Source: Microbotryum violaceum
Taxonomy: Eukaryota
Direction of reading: 5' to 3'
DNA length: 64,000 nt
NCBI GenBank assembly: GCA_001244265.2
Contig: CDLV01000009.1
Coordinates: 930,001 to 994,000 of the forward strand
Position 1 is the stretch's first letter, and the number at the start of each line of letters is the position of its first letter. A model generated the notes under the pieces. The model saw only the letters and a list, made by a program, of their open reading frames with translations, searched no databases and was not told where the DNA came from. Both the position numbers and the translations under genes were made by a program. Positions 12,311 to 24,664 of this stretch are shown piece after piece.

Positions 12311-13255
12311 ATGGCTACGGCGGCCTTACTCCACTCGTCGTCGCCGCACTCGCACCACCCGCGCTCTCACCAGGCCGCTCCCGCCGGCATCATGTCGACC
12401 CCAGCGACGGCGACGATCGCGGAGGATGAGCTGATGGACCTGTTCGCATCGGATACTTTCTCGCTCGAGTCGGCGCGTGACCGCGACCTGATGGCCTTGT
12501 CCAAGGTGCTTCAGACCTCTCTGCCCAGCTCGCCGCCACTGGCTCATGCAATTGTGCCGACGTCCGTCACTACCGGTGCCAGCTCCGGCTCGAGCTCGCG
12601 GCAGTTTAGCGCAAGTGGCGCTCAGGCTCAATGGATCACCTCGCACCAAGGATACGGCAATGGCTACGGCAGCGACTACCCACACGAGGCCAGTAGCAAC
12701 AATGGATGGAGACCCGATGCATCCATTTCGGCATCCGCGTACCTGCACCAAGGCGCTCCGACCTGCACGCCTTCATCGTCGTTCAACCCTCCGCAAGCCG
12801 GCCTCGGCGCCGTGGGAGCCGGGTCTCATTTCGGCCAAGTCCCTCCGCCCCCGACACCCCAAGGCACACCCATGTCGTATTATGCCCATCTCCCTTCGTT
12901 CAACCTGGATTCGTCGTCACGTAATCTATCCGCGTCCCCCATGAACGATATGGCCGTCAACGCGGCGCCTTCGCCCGGGTATCGAGCCCCCGCGGTTTCC
13001 CGAGAACGGGCGCCAGCCGACATCCCGGCGAACGAATGGTCCAGTCGACTCCGCAGTGCGAGTTCGGCGGGAGGATACGCGATACGACCTCCATCTTACG
13101 AAGATGCGACTTCCGTAACGAGAATGTCGAGATCGTGTGCAGCGCCGAATGGAAGGGGAAGGCAAGTTAACGACGACAACGACGATGCCATGATGAGCGA
13201 GAGGGAATCGGGCGACGGCTCTTCGACGTCGCAGGGTTGGCCAGCCAGATTCTAA
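12311..13255 (+). CDS. Hypothetical intronless low-complexity (Ser/Pro/Ala-rich) protein
   Basis: 314-aa ATG-initiated ORF with coding-like composition, followed by a T-rich 3' region. No recognisable domain. Confidence 0.6.
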   Translation: MATAALLHSSSPHSHHPRSHQAAPAGIMSTPATATIAEDELMDLFASDTFSLESARDRDLMALSKVLQTSLPSSPPLAHAIVPTSVTTGASSGSSSRQFSASGAQAQWITSHQGYGNGYGSDYPHEASSNNGWRPDASISASAYLHQGAPTCTPSSSFNPPQAGLGAVGAGSHFGQVPPPPTPQGTPMSYYAHLPSFNLDSSSRNLSASPMNDMAVNAAPSPGYRAPAVSRERAPADIPANEWSSRLRSASSAGGYAIRPPSYEDATSVTRMSRSCAAPNGRGRQVNDDNDDAMMSERESGDGSSTSQGWPARF

Positions 13256-13804
13256 TCATTCTTCCTAAGGACATGGTCAACGCTTTATTCGTCGAATATC
13301 GGGAGCAAATCCTGACTTTGACCTTCGACACCTTCGCTCGAAGAGCTTTTCGCTCCGTATTGATCCCACCTCACTGGTTCCACTTCTAACCACGGCTTAT
13401 TTTGTACCTCGCATATCTGTATTGATACCTTTCTATGAACGATTAGCTTCTTTTTGGTTGTACCATCATTTGCATTATTCTCTGATTTGTAATTTCACTT
13501 GGTCCCCACTCGAATATTCTGCTGTCAAGCGTGCTCACTTGCGAGCAAAAGGAGGTCAAGGCCAAAGATTGATGACCTCATCACCTAATGGATCCCGCGT
13601 TTCGTGTTCGAAAAAACCCTTTCCAATTGCAGCAATTGCTGCGCAGAAGGTGACGTGAACAAAGGGCGAGCTCGCGAGGGGTCTAGGCCGTCTAGGCGCT
13701 CGCATGGTAACACTCGCATCTCTCGTTCGAGCATGTCGAATATCGCCACTGATGCCATACTTCGAGCGTTGCAGTTGAAACGGGTCAAACGTGTGGCTCT
13801 GTAC

Positions 13805-13822
13805 GGGGGGGGGGGGGGGGGG
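13805..13822. repeat. G18 homopolymer between convergent genes
   Basis: Read directly in the sequence. Confidence 0.9.
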
Positions 13823-14044
13823 AGGGATCTTTATTGCGAGTTACTTCACAAAACGTACATTTTAAGGGGCTCGAAAAGGATGGCGTCTGACAAAAGGGAA
13901 GTCCATATCGAAAGAGGTCAAGGCTGTTATACTGGAAGAGGATTTGTCGTCCAATCCAGATAGGACTCAAAGAAATGGAAAGGGTAAAGAAAGAGGCGGG
14001 TAGTCATGGAACATGAGACGGAAGCACCAAGAAAGGGTTTGGGA

Positions 14045-16283
14045 TCAAACTTGAGGTTGCGGGCACGTCTGCTGAGGTAACGACGAGGGCGCATCGCGAC
14101 CGGTGACTTGGTACCAGAACTGAACCAGCTTGAGGATATTGGATCTCTCTGCCGAGGTATTGGGACCTGTAGGGGTGAATATTGATTGACTGGATCAGAA
14201 ACCTTCGGCGCCGGAAGATTGCAGAAGGATGAGGGTCAAGTGTTGCCCACCGTTGGGATAGTAAATCGAATAGGCGTCATCGTGTATGACATACGACGAG
14301 CATGGGGTATCGTGGGTGAACAAGCTCCAAGCCATGACGCCGACTGCGAACTCGCGACGAAGTCAGCTCGAGACGTTCGCGCAGCACAGGGGCTCATCAC
14401 TGTCGCTCGTCAACTGACCGCTCTTGTAGTTATACAGCAAGTTCAAGTAGGCACCAAAGTCTGCTCCACCATTATTGGGAGTCCAATCCATCTCGCCGAT
14501 GAGGAAGACCTTGCCATTGCTGTGCGCGATGTCAACTTGGCGCTTGAGGAGGGCAATGTTGCGAGGGTAGGCGTGGTCGGTGACAATGTCGACGTAAGGG
14601 GACGTGACACCAGGTGCGACGGCCTTGGCTGTTGGTGGCAGTGGAGGAAAGCAAGTTGAATAATGAGTGTGCGACAGCAGAGTTGGTTCGGTGGGAAGGG
14701 AGAGCTCACTGGTATAGCTGCGGAGTGAGACGAAGGAAGCTGGGGCGTAAATTGAGAGTAATCTTTTAAGATGGATATCGAATCCGAATCATGACTCACT
14801 TGTAGAATCCGTCCGTGCCATCCATTAACAAAGCTTGAGGTGCCAGAGACTTGACGTACTTTGCGATGTCCTCAGTGAAAGACAGGGGTGGAAAGCCTTC
14901 CTTGCCCATATAAGCGCCGAATTCGTTGCCATCCTCGATGATGGCGATGGTGGGGTCTTCTCCGTAGGCGAGGCCGTTGTATTGATTGACCCTCGTCAAG
15001 ACTTTGTTTGCGGCAAGGGCGCGATTATCAGTATGACGAATCTAGTTTTCGGGTAAAGAACCGGAAATGATCACACCACTTACGAAACTTGATGTACCGC
15101 TTGAAGGCGCGTCGCACCTGCCTGTCGGTGAAAAACTGCGCTCCGGCGTTGTCGGTTGGGACGTTAAGCCACCTCAGGAACGTGTACTTGCCGCCATGGT
15201 AGTAGTCATAGTTGTCGGTGAGTGGGAGAATGACTTTGAGTCCGTACTCGCCTGCGGCGTAGATGACGTAGTCGTGGATGTCAAGTTGCTCGTCTGTGCC
15301 GTACGTGTGCAAGCTAGGCTGGACGGCCTGAGGGAAACCAGTACTGATCCCACACGAGTTGATGCGGATAGTGTTGGCGCCCATGGCAACCGCAGCAGCC
15401 AGAGCCTCGCCTGAGGAGATTAGCGTTAAATCGCCGATGCGGCGAATCAGTCACGGCGAGCGGCAGGAAGTCACCAAGTCAGGAATGTCGCAGAGTACTC
15501 ACGAATACGTGACTTGTCGGTATAGTAACCCCGCGGGAGACAACTGAGACTCTCGTCGTTGCAGAGCCCTGGGTAGGAAAAAGGTGTCGAGAACGGTCAG
15601 TAAAAAAGGAAAAGATTGCAGCGTGATTCACAACGTGGATCACAAATTCGCTTCATGAAAGCGCACAGTAGATATCTGGGAATCAGGCCCCAAGGAAGTT
15701 CAAAATAACTAGTTTTAGTAATCTTTGGTAAGACCTTCCTGACGTACTTCAACTCACTGGGTCCGACCGGCCGGAAAGGTTCGCCATCGAGCGTGAGCCC
15801 CGTGCCTGAGGGGTCGACCTCGAGGTAGCTGCCGCTGCCTTGAAAACTTGCGGGTGGTCCATCGATTATGATCGATGCTTCTGGTTGTATCGTATCAACA
15901 GCGCTCGCCGACGAGTTGATCGGCGCGGTCCCGAGGTAATCTGTACCCTGTCCACCCGTGGCCCGCGGGCGGACTGCGAAGTTGCGAGCGCTGCGCGCCG
16001 ATGAAACAGCGGTTCCCAGAGGGGGCAAACCGAGGAAGTCTGGTGCCGGTTCGACAAAGTCGAAATCTTGCTCAAGATTTCGCTTTCGCAAGTCGAACGA
16101 GATGCGATCGCCGTTCGAGTCGCGCCAGACGCCACGCAAGAGCTCCGCCTGGGCTCGAACTCGTCTGGGGCAGCTGCGGTTCCAGGGCTGGACCGTATCG
16201 TCTAATCTCGACGCGGCTTCGTACCATGAGGCCGCAGCGTCGTGGACGAGGATAGAAACCAGCAACAAATAAGAGCGCAGCAT
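14045..16283 (-). CDS. Secreted GH5 glycoside hydrolase (endo-beta-mannanase-like), paralog 1
   Basis: Signal peptide MLRSYLLLVSILV. FRPVGP-NIYW-L, MGANTIR, DYVIYAAGEYGLKVILPLTDNYDYYHGGK, TRVNQYNGLAYGEDPTIAIIEDGNE (acid/base NE), DHAYP, KVFLIGEMDW (nucleophile E), WSL. Stop after ..CPQPQV. Confidence 0.9.
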
Positions 16284-16620
16284 GGTGGCTGTTCACCGTA
16301 AGCGGTGACTGTGATGTCGAGAAAAAGGGGTATCGACTGGAGATGATACGGCTCGTCTCGAGAAAGATAGGGGCAGATTGCAGACGTGAATCTGGCGCTG
16401 TTGGTCGACGTCAGGGACCCAGACAGAATACTAAGGACCGAGAAGGAAAGGTGCTCGGTCGAGGTTGGTGATAGCACGAACGAATTGGATGAGAGCGAGG
16501 TGAAAAAAAAAAACAAGGCCAACAGTAAAGCACAGGAAGATCTCGAGAGGGTTGGCTAAGCCGCTAGTAGGTTTGGGGTGCCTCTAGGCCGCGGCTGAAT
16601 TTTGGAACCGGCAAGTGAGG

Positions 16621-16665
16621 TACTAAGCTCCTACACCCCAGGTGGAGATACTAAGCTCCTACACC
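16621..16665. repeat. 17-bp direct repeat TACTAAGCTCCTACACC x2 upstream of GH5 paralog 1
   Basis: Copies at 16621-16637 and 16649-16665. Confidence 0.85.
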
Positions 16666-17491
16666 ATGGATCGACAAAGACAATCACTTCTGCGGAGTTA
16701 CGAGCGCATTGATGTCCCGGAAGTTAGCGCGGTTTTTGAGTGAACGACATGACCCACAAAAGAGGCTGACGCACGATACAGTGCCTCTCTTGTACTGCAA
16801 GGATCCGCCGTTCCTCGACGTTCCTCACTCTCGAGCGCCATCCTCGCAATGCGAAGTAGCCGAGCAAGAGGGGATCCACACATCTTGTGATGAAAAGCTG
16901 GTACACTCAGGAGTCACTCGTCTAGCGCGTAGATCTGGGCCAATAGTCCTCCCAGATGAAACAGCGTCGATGTGTTGGGTTCCTGCCAAGCACTCGTTGC
17001 CTTGTTGCTTACTCGGGATTTTGCTTGGGAAGCGCGGGATTCGGGACATCACAGGCTTCAGATGCGCGGAGTGTTCCGATACTCGAAAGTCCGAATAAGG
17101 GTTTCCAGACCAAGCTGACCGTGATCGATGGAGCTGACAAACATTATTTCACGCGTCGGCAGCACTCGGCAGTTTGCACGAGGTGTTGGCGATGTTCAGT
17201 TATGAGGTATCTCCGATCGGCTCTCCGGCCCCAGCTTGACCGCCGCCTGCGAAGCGATCCGCGTCCGTGCGCTCACGCCTGGAGTTATCTTTGCATGGCA
17301 TGGATTCGTAGTTGCGATCGATTCTAAGGGTAACGATAAGAATATGTCCAGAGTCTGAGTGAAAGAGTAACGATAATGAAAACTTCAGATCGAGCCTCGG
17401 AATGCAACGGGCGTGGGAAAACGGCAATATCCGACAGCTGACTCCAGCAGGCAAAGTCAGTCGAGTGGTTGGCAAGAAGATCGTGAGGGAG

Positions 17492-19600
17492 CTAAAACAC
17501 CTCCTGGGGGCATGCTTGGACAGGAAGGACCGCGGGGACCGCGCGATCTGTCACGCGGTAGAACCACTGCACGAGCGACCAGATGTTCTGCTTTTCCTCC
17601 GGCGTGTTTGGACCTGCGAGGACATGGAAAGAACGGCGATAAGTAGGCACATCGACCATTCTGTTTATCCATAGGGATCACAACTCACCATCCGGGTAAT
17701 AAATGGAATAGCTATCGTTGTGAAGGACGTATTCTGAGCACTGTGAGTCGTGTGTAAAAAGGCTCCAGACGAGCACACCGACTATGTAGCACATCAAGTA
17801 GTAGCGCGAGTCAGCACATGCGAGTGAAATACCTCGATGATTCTTACCGCTTGGATACTTGTCGAGGACTTCAAGGTAGTCGGACAAGTTCGCATTGGTG
17901 GCGCCCGTGGGCAGCCAGTTCATTTCGCCGAGGAGGAAGACTTTGTTTGCGGATTTGGCGAGTTGTGCCTGTGTTCGAAACAGGTTAATGTCTCGAGGGT
18001 ATGGGTGGTCCGTGACGATATCGATGTGAGGTGACAGCAACCCTGGAGCCGTGGCTTTTGCTGAACGATCATCAAGCGACGGGGTGGGAGAATGTGTCAG
18101 CTCGGACATATGCCACGCGTCCGGCAGGAAGATGGTTTACTGGACCAGCTGCCAGGATGAGACTTGCTCTGTCAGTCCTACGCGCCCTCAAAAAAAGTTC
18201 AAAAACTGTGGACCTACTTGTAGATACCATCCGTGCCGTCCATGACCAAGGCCAGGGGCGCCAGTTGCTTGATGCGCTGCGCAACCCGATCCGTCCAATT
18301 GAGGGGTGGGTAGCCTTCTTTCCCCATGTAGGCACCCAATTCGTTGCCGGTTTCGATAATCGAGACAGTAGGATCTTCACCGTAAGCAATGTTATTGTAC
18401 CGATTGACCCTGCCTAGAACTGAGCGTGCGAGACGGAGATGGATCAGTATCACGTAGCGTGGTCTGTGTGCAACGTCTACGCACCCCACTTGGCGTAGCG
18501 CAAGTAAACTTGAATCGGTCTCTCATCGGCGAAGAAGCGCGCTCCGGCATCGTCGGTTGGTTCCCCGAGCCAACGCAGGATTGTATACTTGCCACCGTGG
18601 TAGTAGTCGTAGTTGTCGGTCAAGGTCAGAATCACCTTGACTGCGCAACGCATCCCAATATTAGGAACGGCCAAATAGGACCCGAGAAAACGATACTTAC
18701 GGTCGTACCGTCCAGCGGCCCAAATCGCATAGTCATGGATGTCCATCCCGTCATCATCAGCATAGTGATGAAGATCAGGCTGAATCGCATCATGGAAGCC
18801 AAGCGAGGTTCCGCAGGAGCCGATTCGCACTGTGTTGGCACCCATCGCGACCGCGGCGGCTAAGGCTTCTCGAACCCGTGTTTTATCGGTAGGGTAGCCT
18901 TTGGGCCGTCCTTCGATGTTTTCGTCGTTGCAAAGCCCTATGATGACACGTAGAGCAGTCGTTAGGAGACGTACTAATAGCCAACACGAGAACGAAGAGG
19001 AGGCAATGCGCGTCACGGTCCGTGCGTGTGAGTTTTGCAACGGACAGTAAATGTCTGGTAGATATGGACATCAGTACATCCAGACCGACTGAATTTGAAA
19101 GGATATCTGACATTTGACTCACTGATCCCCACAGGTCTGAATGGCTCGTCGTCCAACAGCAGTCCCGTACGCGCGTCGTCAAGGGTGAGATAGCTATCGC
19201 TCCGCGGAAGCGTTCCAGGACCACTAATGACGATCGGCTCTTCACTTGGAGGAGGTTGAGGGTGATCGCAATCATCAGCACATGGCTGCAATCCACTTTG
19301 GCCACCAACCTCAACATTGGCTCTGACGCTGACGCTAACACCCGCGGGGACCGCGGGGGACCGTTTACCGAGCCCCACGATTTTCGACATTTGATTTGGC
19401 GCAGACAAAGCGAGGAGGGGAACACCGCGGGGAGCATCGAAGGTATCAGCAGAATGCCTCATCAAAGCATTGGTATGTGCCAAGCCGCGGAAACGCCGAG
19501 AACTGGTACAGTCACCGTTGTTGTATACCTCGGGGGTTACAGCGGTGACGAGTTGACTAAGGAGGCCGAGGCCGAACCAGAGCTGGCGCGAGTAGCGCAT
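17492..19600 (-). CDS. Secreted GH5 glycoside hydrolase (endo-beta-mannanase-like), paralog 2
   Basis: Signal peptide MRYSRQLWFGLGLLSQLVTA. FRPVGI-NIYW-LCNDE, MGANTVR, LTDNYDYYHGGK, YGEDPTVSIIETGNE, DHPYP, KVFLLGEMNW, WSLFTHD. Ends ..CPQEVF. Confidence 0.9.
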
Positions 19601-19919
19601 GGGGCGCCTGCGATGGACAGGGTCAGGGGTGTGTAGAAAGATTCGTTGTGTCTCGTGGTAAGCGGCGCTCGAGCGAGGAAAGGGTGAAACGATAGGATTT
19701 GGGGTATGATGAGTCGAAGCGAGGTAGGAACACGACGAGGGAACTGTAAAAGGGAAAGAGAGACGCGAGGCCTAGAGACCCACGCCGCAGCAGTACTCGC
19801 CTTTCACCATAAGGGGCGACCCTTCGCCGAATCGTTCACTCGGCGGTATTTCCTCTCATCAGGACCTGAATAAATTTCTCGGCATGCGTCATAAATTTCC
19901 ACGCGGATGGTTTCATTAC

Positions 19920-22373
19920 TCATTCGAGGCTCTTCAAGTACTCGATCAAGTTCTTCAGAATCTCCCTCTGCTCCTCTGCTTCATCGATCTCTGATCCTTC
20001 CTTCTCCTCGGTCTTGGCCGCCCCTTCACCAATGTTGTCCCTGTACTCGGATAGAACGCAAATGATGTCGTCGAAAGACTTGTTTCTCCGTGCGAGCATC
20101 ATCAGGATATGCTCTCTGGCCTGTAAGAGCGAGGTCCGCAAGGCAAGAGTCAGCAAAATAGCAACGACGGGATGCCTTCGGCACCAGACCTACGCCATCA
20201 TCTTCCATCGTCATCCAAGCCAAAATATAATCAACCAACTGCAGACTGAACAAGCCCCTCTCGAGCTTCTCTAGGTAAAGCTCGTCCTCGTCCAATTCGC
20301 CGGATTCATCATCCCCATCTCCGGCATTGACGCGCGCCTCGGTCTCCTCCCTTAGTTCGATCAGACGGTCCAGCTTTTCATAGTCTGCTTCGACAAATTT
20401 GGAGAGTAGTCGAAGTCGTTGAGGCGAGTCGGATGCGAGAGATGTCAGGAGGGAGGAGAGGATCGACAAAAGGTGCTCGGTCGATTCGTGTGTCAATTGC
20501 CCTGATGCCTTTTTGGACGCTCCCTGTAAGACACATCACGCACTCGAAGAGGTCAGCTGAATTCCTCAAAGGTGCCAAATAAATTGCACAGTCACCCACC
20601 TTTCCCATGAAAGTCGTGAACAACACCTTGAGACCCAGCACCTCAACGAACTCGACACACAGCTCCATGCCCGCAAAGCCTTGCAGCGCATGATCGAGCG
20701 TCTTGATCGCCCTCGTTTTGGAAAGCCTTTTCTCCTTGAGCATCAAGCACATCAACTCAATCCCTTCACCTTGCATGAACACTTGTTTGACGGTTGGTTC
20801 GGAAAGGGACGAGCACAAAATGTCGAAGATGTTTTCCATGAACTCGGTTTCGTCCGCGCCCGAAGGGTCGCGGCGGCGATAGGTCTGCGATCAAGCTTTT
20901 CCAGTCAGTCGTTGGATAGGGCCTATCTTTGGATCCCAAACATGTAACTCACCGAAAGGATCTTGAGCAATGCATCGACATGACCTTGTTCAGCCAAAGT
21001 CTTCCGCCCCTCGGCCACACCGTCCACGGGCAGGGAAAGCAACAGCGAGAGCATCTCGGCGGCGTAAAATCGGTTCTGATCCCAGTCGGCGGGTTTATTG
21101 TCCATTGATAGGCGTTTGACGAGATACGATAATAGGGTGGCCGTAGGGGCCAAGAGCGATGTGGCGATTACCGGTGTCAAAGAGATGAAATTTTCGAGGA
21201 GACCTGTGGACGAATCGGATTCGCGTGAGCTGCTCATTCCTCCGGCATTGAGCAATCGTCGGATGACGCACCTAATATATGGAACACTCCGCCTCGCTCG
21301 GACTCATCCTCTTCATTCAATCTCGCCAGCCCTGAGACGGCCAACTCGACGATGCCGAAATTAATCAGACTCTCGACCAACTTCTTGGTCGCCTCGAGTT
21401 TCCGTTCACTACCTCCTTCATCCCCACCCTCCTCCTCCTCGTCATCCTCATCCAATGATTCCGGGTCGAGCCATTCTTCAAGCACTTCGACGACGGCGTT
21501 AGAGACGTCGGTATTCTCGTGGGAGAGTAGGTCGGCCAAGGACTCTGGGGTGTTAAGTTCGATGAGGATGGGGTACGAGAGGGCGGGGAAGGACGAGAGC
21601 ACGAGCAAGGCGTTGAGAGCCTCGATGAGGGTGAATTCCGAGTCGACGAATCTGCGAGTGGGATTCAAGAGCTATCAGCAACACCGAATAGTCTTTAAAA
21701 AGTGCTGCGCACTTTGTTGGGTCTGTGGGGAACTTTGTCCTCAACCGCCGGTTCTCGTCAATGGCCTTTTCGAGCGCGAGCAGTTGTCGTCGTACGCCTG
21801 GAGCTGTCAACTCGCCACTGGCTGCGAACTTGTCATCCGCCTTGTCCATCATATTCAGGACCTCCTTTTGTACCGGGTTGAGTCCTCCGCCGCTGTTCTC
21901 GACCGATGATCAGAGGGGGGTTCAGTTAACCTTGCCGGGCTGGATGCTCGCAGACGAACCGCACGAGACGACTCACAAGAACCTTCCATCCTCATCCTCT
22001 TCCGCAAAGTAGTCCGCATCATTCCCGGGTGCGAATTCTCCATCCGGAGCGCCATAGTTGTCCCCATCCTGATCATGATCGTCGTCGTCGGATCCATCTC
22101 GGATCGTGACCGAAGCCTTGCCCTTGCCCTTACCATTCGTATTCGCGCTCGTTGCGGCAGGAGGTGCTCCATTGGTGGGATTGGTGTCGGCCTTGTGCTG
22201 CTTGAAGGATGACATGTCGGGTGTAGGGGCCTCGAGCTTGCGTTTGGTGCCGGCTGCCGCTCCGGACGGAGGCAGTGGGGGCCGCTGTTATGAGCACCAC
22301 AGGGTCAGCTCGACTTGATCGACGTCCCAGAGCGGTTGCTTCTATGTACCTTGAAGATGTCGTTGATGTCCAT
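19920..22373 (-). CDS. CTNNBL1: Beta-catenin-like protein 1 (CTNNBL1), spliceosome/Prp19 complex-associated
   Basis: MDINDIFK start, EEDEDGRF, LEKAIDENRRLRTKFPTDPTK-FVDSE, LLSHENTD, YRRRDP..ETEFMENIFDILCS, EGIELM, KFVEADYEKLDRL, LYLEKLERGLFSLQLVD. Confidence 0.9.
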
Positions 22374-22981
22374 CGCGCGCGGGTTGATACGGTGTTCTGG
22401 TCGAAGCACGACGGACCAAAGAAGCGCTCAACGAGATCGCGATTCGGAGAGGGAACTTTAAGCTTCGCGGGCTATACAGGACCCCAGAAAGCACCTCAGG
22501 CAGACATAGAAAGTACCATTGGTCAGGCGCGCGCGTCCAGACGGCACAAGAGCCGCACTCTCGGCGGGTTGCAGTGCAATCTTGCTACCACTGATGGTAG
22601 CAGAATAGGCCCAGGTTGCGCGCACGCCACTTCATCAAGTCATTTACTATGACTGCATTTGTTCGATAAAGATTAAATCATCGGGTTCCACGCGGGGTAT
22701 CGATTGTCTAGATCATCTTTTGCAGAGAGAGCCTAACTCATTGCTATTACTAGTCTTGGTCGATTCTTTATTCTGCGCGCGCGCCTATCTCTGTCTTTGC
22801 GTCTTCTTTCCTTCTGGGTTTCTTCTCCACGCTATTCTCATCATCTCACTCGTGTATCTCGGAGCCGAGGTCGTGGAGTACCTCTTAGTCTTTGTCGTAA
22901 TAATCCGCACTGCGCACGTCTCGCCCCTGTCTCACTTCGCTGGCCTGGACAAGCGTCATACGAGCTACAATCGAGACCAAG

Positions 22982-23977
22982 ATGCACAGGGTATTCGTGC
23001 CGAAGCTCGTTTACTCGGCGGAATGGTGGGAGGACCGTGTGGTTATGATGATCGTCGGGCTCTTTGGGTGGAAGGATAGGGTACCTGCGGTCCTTCGCGT
23101 GTTCGCCTCGGCCGGCTTTGTGTCTCTCACCGCCGGGGGTCGCCACCAAGTCTACGAGCTCAAAGTGGCCGAAGCGAGGTTTCGAAACCAGAGCCTCAAG
23201 CGCATTGTCGAGGCGATGCTCTTGGTTCCTCTGCTACGCGACAGGGCGACCCACCCGGCCACTGCAGACCCCCAGCTCGAGCCGCTCTCCGTGCCTTGTA
23301 CAAGAAAGCCCACAAGATCATCCCCGATGTCGCGACGTTCGACACGATTTACGCATCCGCCCGCCAAGTGATCTACGACGCAATCCAAGTCGTCGAAGAA
23401 CACCTCGACAAGATGATCGATTCGACTACGCGCGATCAACTCCGCCGCCAGCACACGCTCGGTGAACTGGTGAAGTGAAGGGGGACTTCAAGTTCTTGCC
23501 GACCCAGGTCCTGCTTCCGGCCCTTTATGCGCTCAAGATCAAAAGTGGTCGTAGCCAAAGCGTGTGCTGGCGGCGGAGTTGATCGCGCGTAGTCGAAACG
23601 ATCATCTTGTCGAGGTGTTCTTCGACGACTTGGATTGCGTCGAAGATCACCCCGCGTGCGGATGCGTAGATCGTGTCGAACGTTGCGACATCCGGGACGA
23701 TCTTGTGCGCGGCCCTGTACGAGGCACGGTGGGAGGTCGTCAGGAGGCGAAGGAACGGTTCCAGAGCCTGTTGCCGTAGGCCTGGGGCGATCGGGGGTGT
23801 TTGAAGGGTGAGGAGGCAAAGTGTCGGACTTTTTTGTGTCGAGAGCGAGCACTCGTAGGTGACGCTGATGGTCAGGAACCGAGAGATGGGTGGGCGATTG
23901 GATCCGTGTGCCCACCCCGCCCCAGCGCTGGCGCACCGTCTCCTGTCCGAAATTGATTTCGGGCAAATGACGCACAC
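22982..23977. pseudogene. Two convergent, partly homologous fragmentary ORFs of unknown family
   Basis: The + frame 23296-23478 and the - frame 23525-23977 share ..AHKI(I/V)PDVATFDTIYASAR..DAIQVVEEHLDKMI.STTRDQLRRQHTL. The + copy needs a frame change from the 22982 ORF. Confidence 0.4.
23308..23710. repeat. 152-bp inverted repeat (arms 23308-23459 and 23559-23710, 99-bp spacer)
   Basis: Manual alignment of the arms gives 11 mismatches in 152 bp and no gaps. Confidence 0.95.
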
Positions 23978-24664
23978 CTATGCGAGACGTCAATCGCACA
24001 AGATTTTGGCCCACGAAGTAATGCCCATTAGAGCCTGATTCGCCACTCGTAACCGGAACTTTAGGAGGTGTTGTCTGATCTTGGTTTAAGTTCGTGAGGC
24101 TACTCATGTCATCCGAAAATCAAGAAAGTAATCCAACGGCGATTATAACTCGCAGTGAGAAGTCGGCGACGTGCAAAGCGCCGGATTTTGCCGGATTTGA
24201 CCGGAAAGGTCTCGCCTGCAGGTCTCGCCTTGGCACCTCCTGGCACTTCCCGGCACTGCCTGGCACTCCTCGGCCGAGGAGCTTGGTCAGCCAAGTCGCT
24301 GATTGGACTGCCTGTCGACTTGCTTTTGTCACACCGCTTTTGTCACTCGTTCAACTCGCGCGCAGTCGGCTGTAGCTACTGCTACTCCTGCTCCTTACGC
24401 TCTCTCGCCCGTTGGGCAGATAATTACGTGCAGCCTCAGCCGTCGCGCTGGGTTCCGACTGTATCCGAAGCCAGCCCGCTCGTACGGGTGCGCGACCGAG
24501 ACACCGGTGGTAGCAGCGCGGAGCATTGTGACGACGACCCGCTCCCTAGGGCTACTCAAAGCCAACATCCATAGAGGCCGTCGACCACACTAGACGAGTA
24601 CATTCACCACCGTCGCGTCCCGAAAGACCCGAAAGACCTCCGACGCGAACGAGTTTCACACCAC

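Noticed and set aside
19795-19885. - strand CTGATGAG followed by hairpins, resembling a hammerhead ribozyme or C-box
   Set aside because: No proper stem II closing onto GAAA and no stem I/III pairing could be built.
22720-24107. Intact transposon around the inverted repeat
   Set aside because: No transposase, reverse transcriptase or Rep motifs, terminal repeats or target-site duplication were recognisable.
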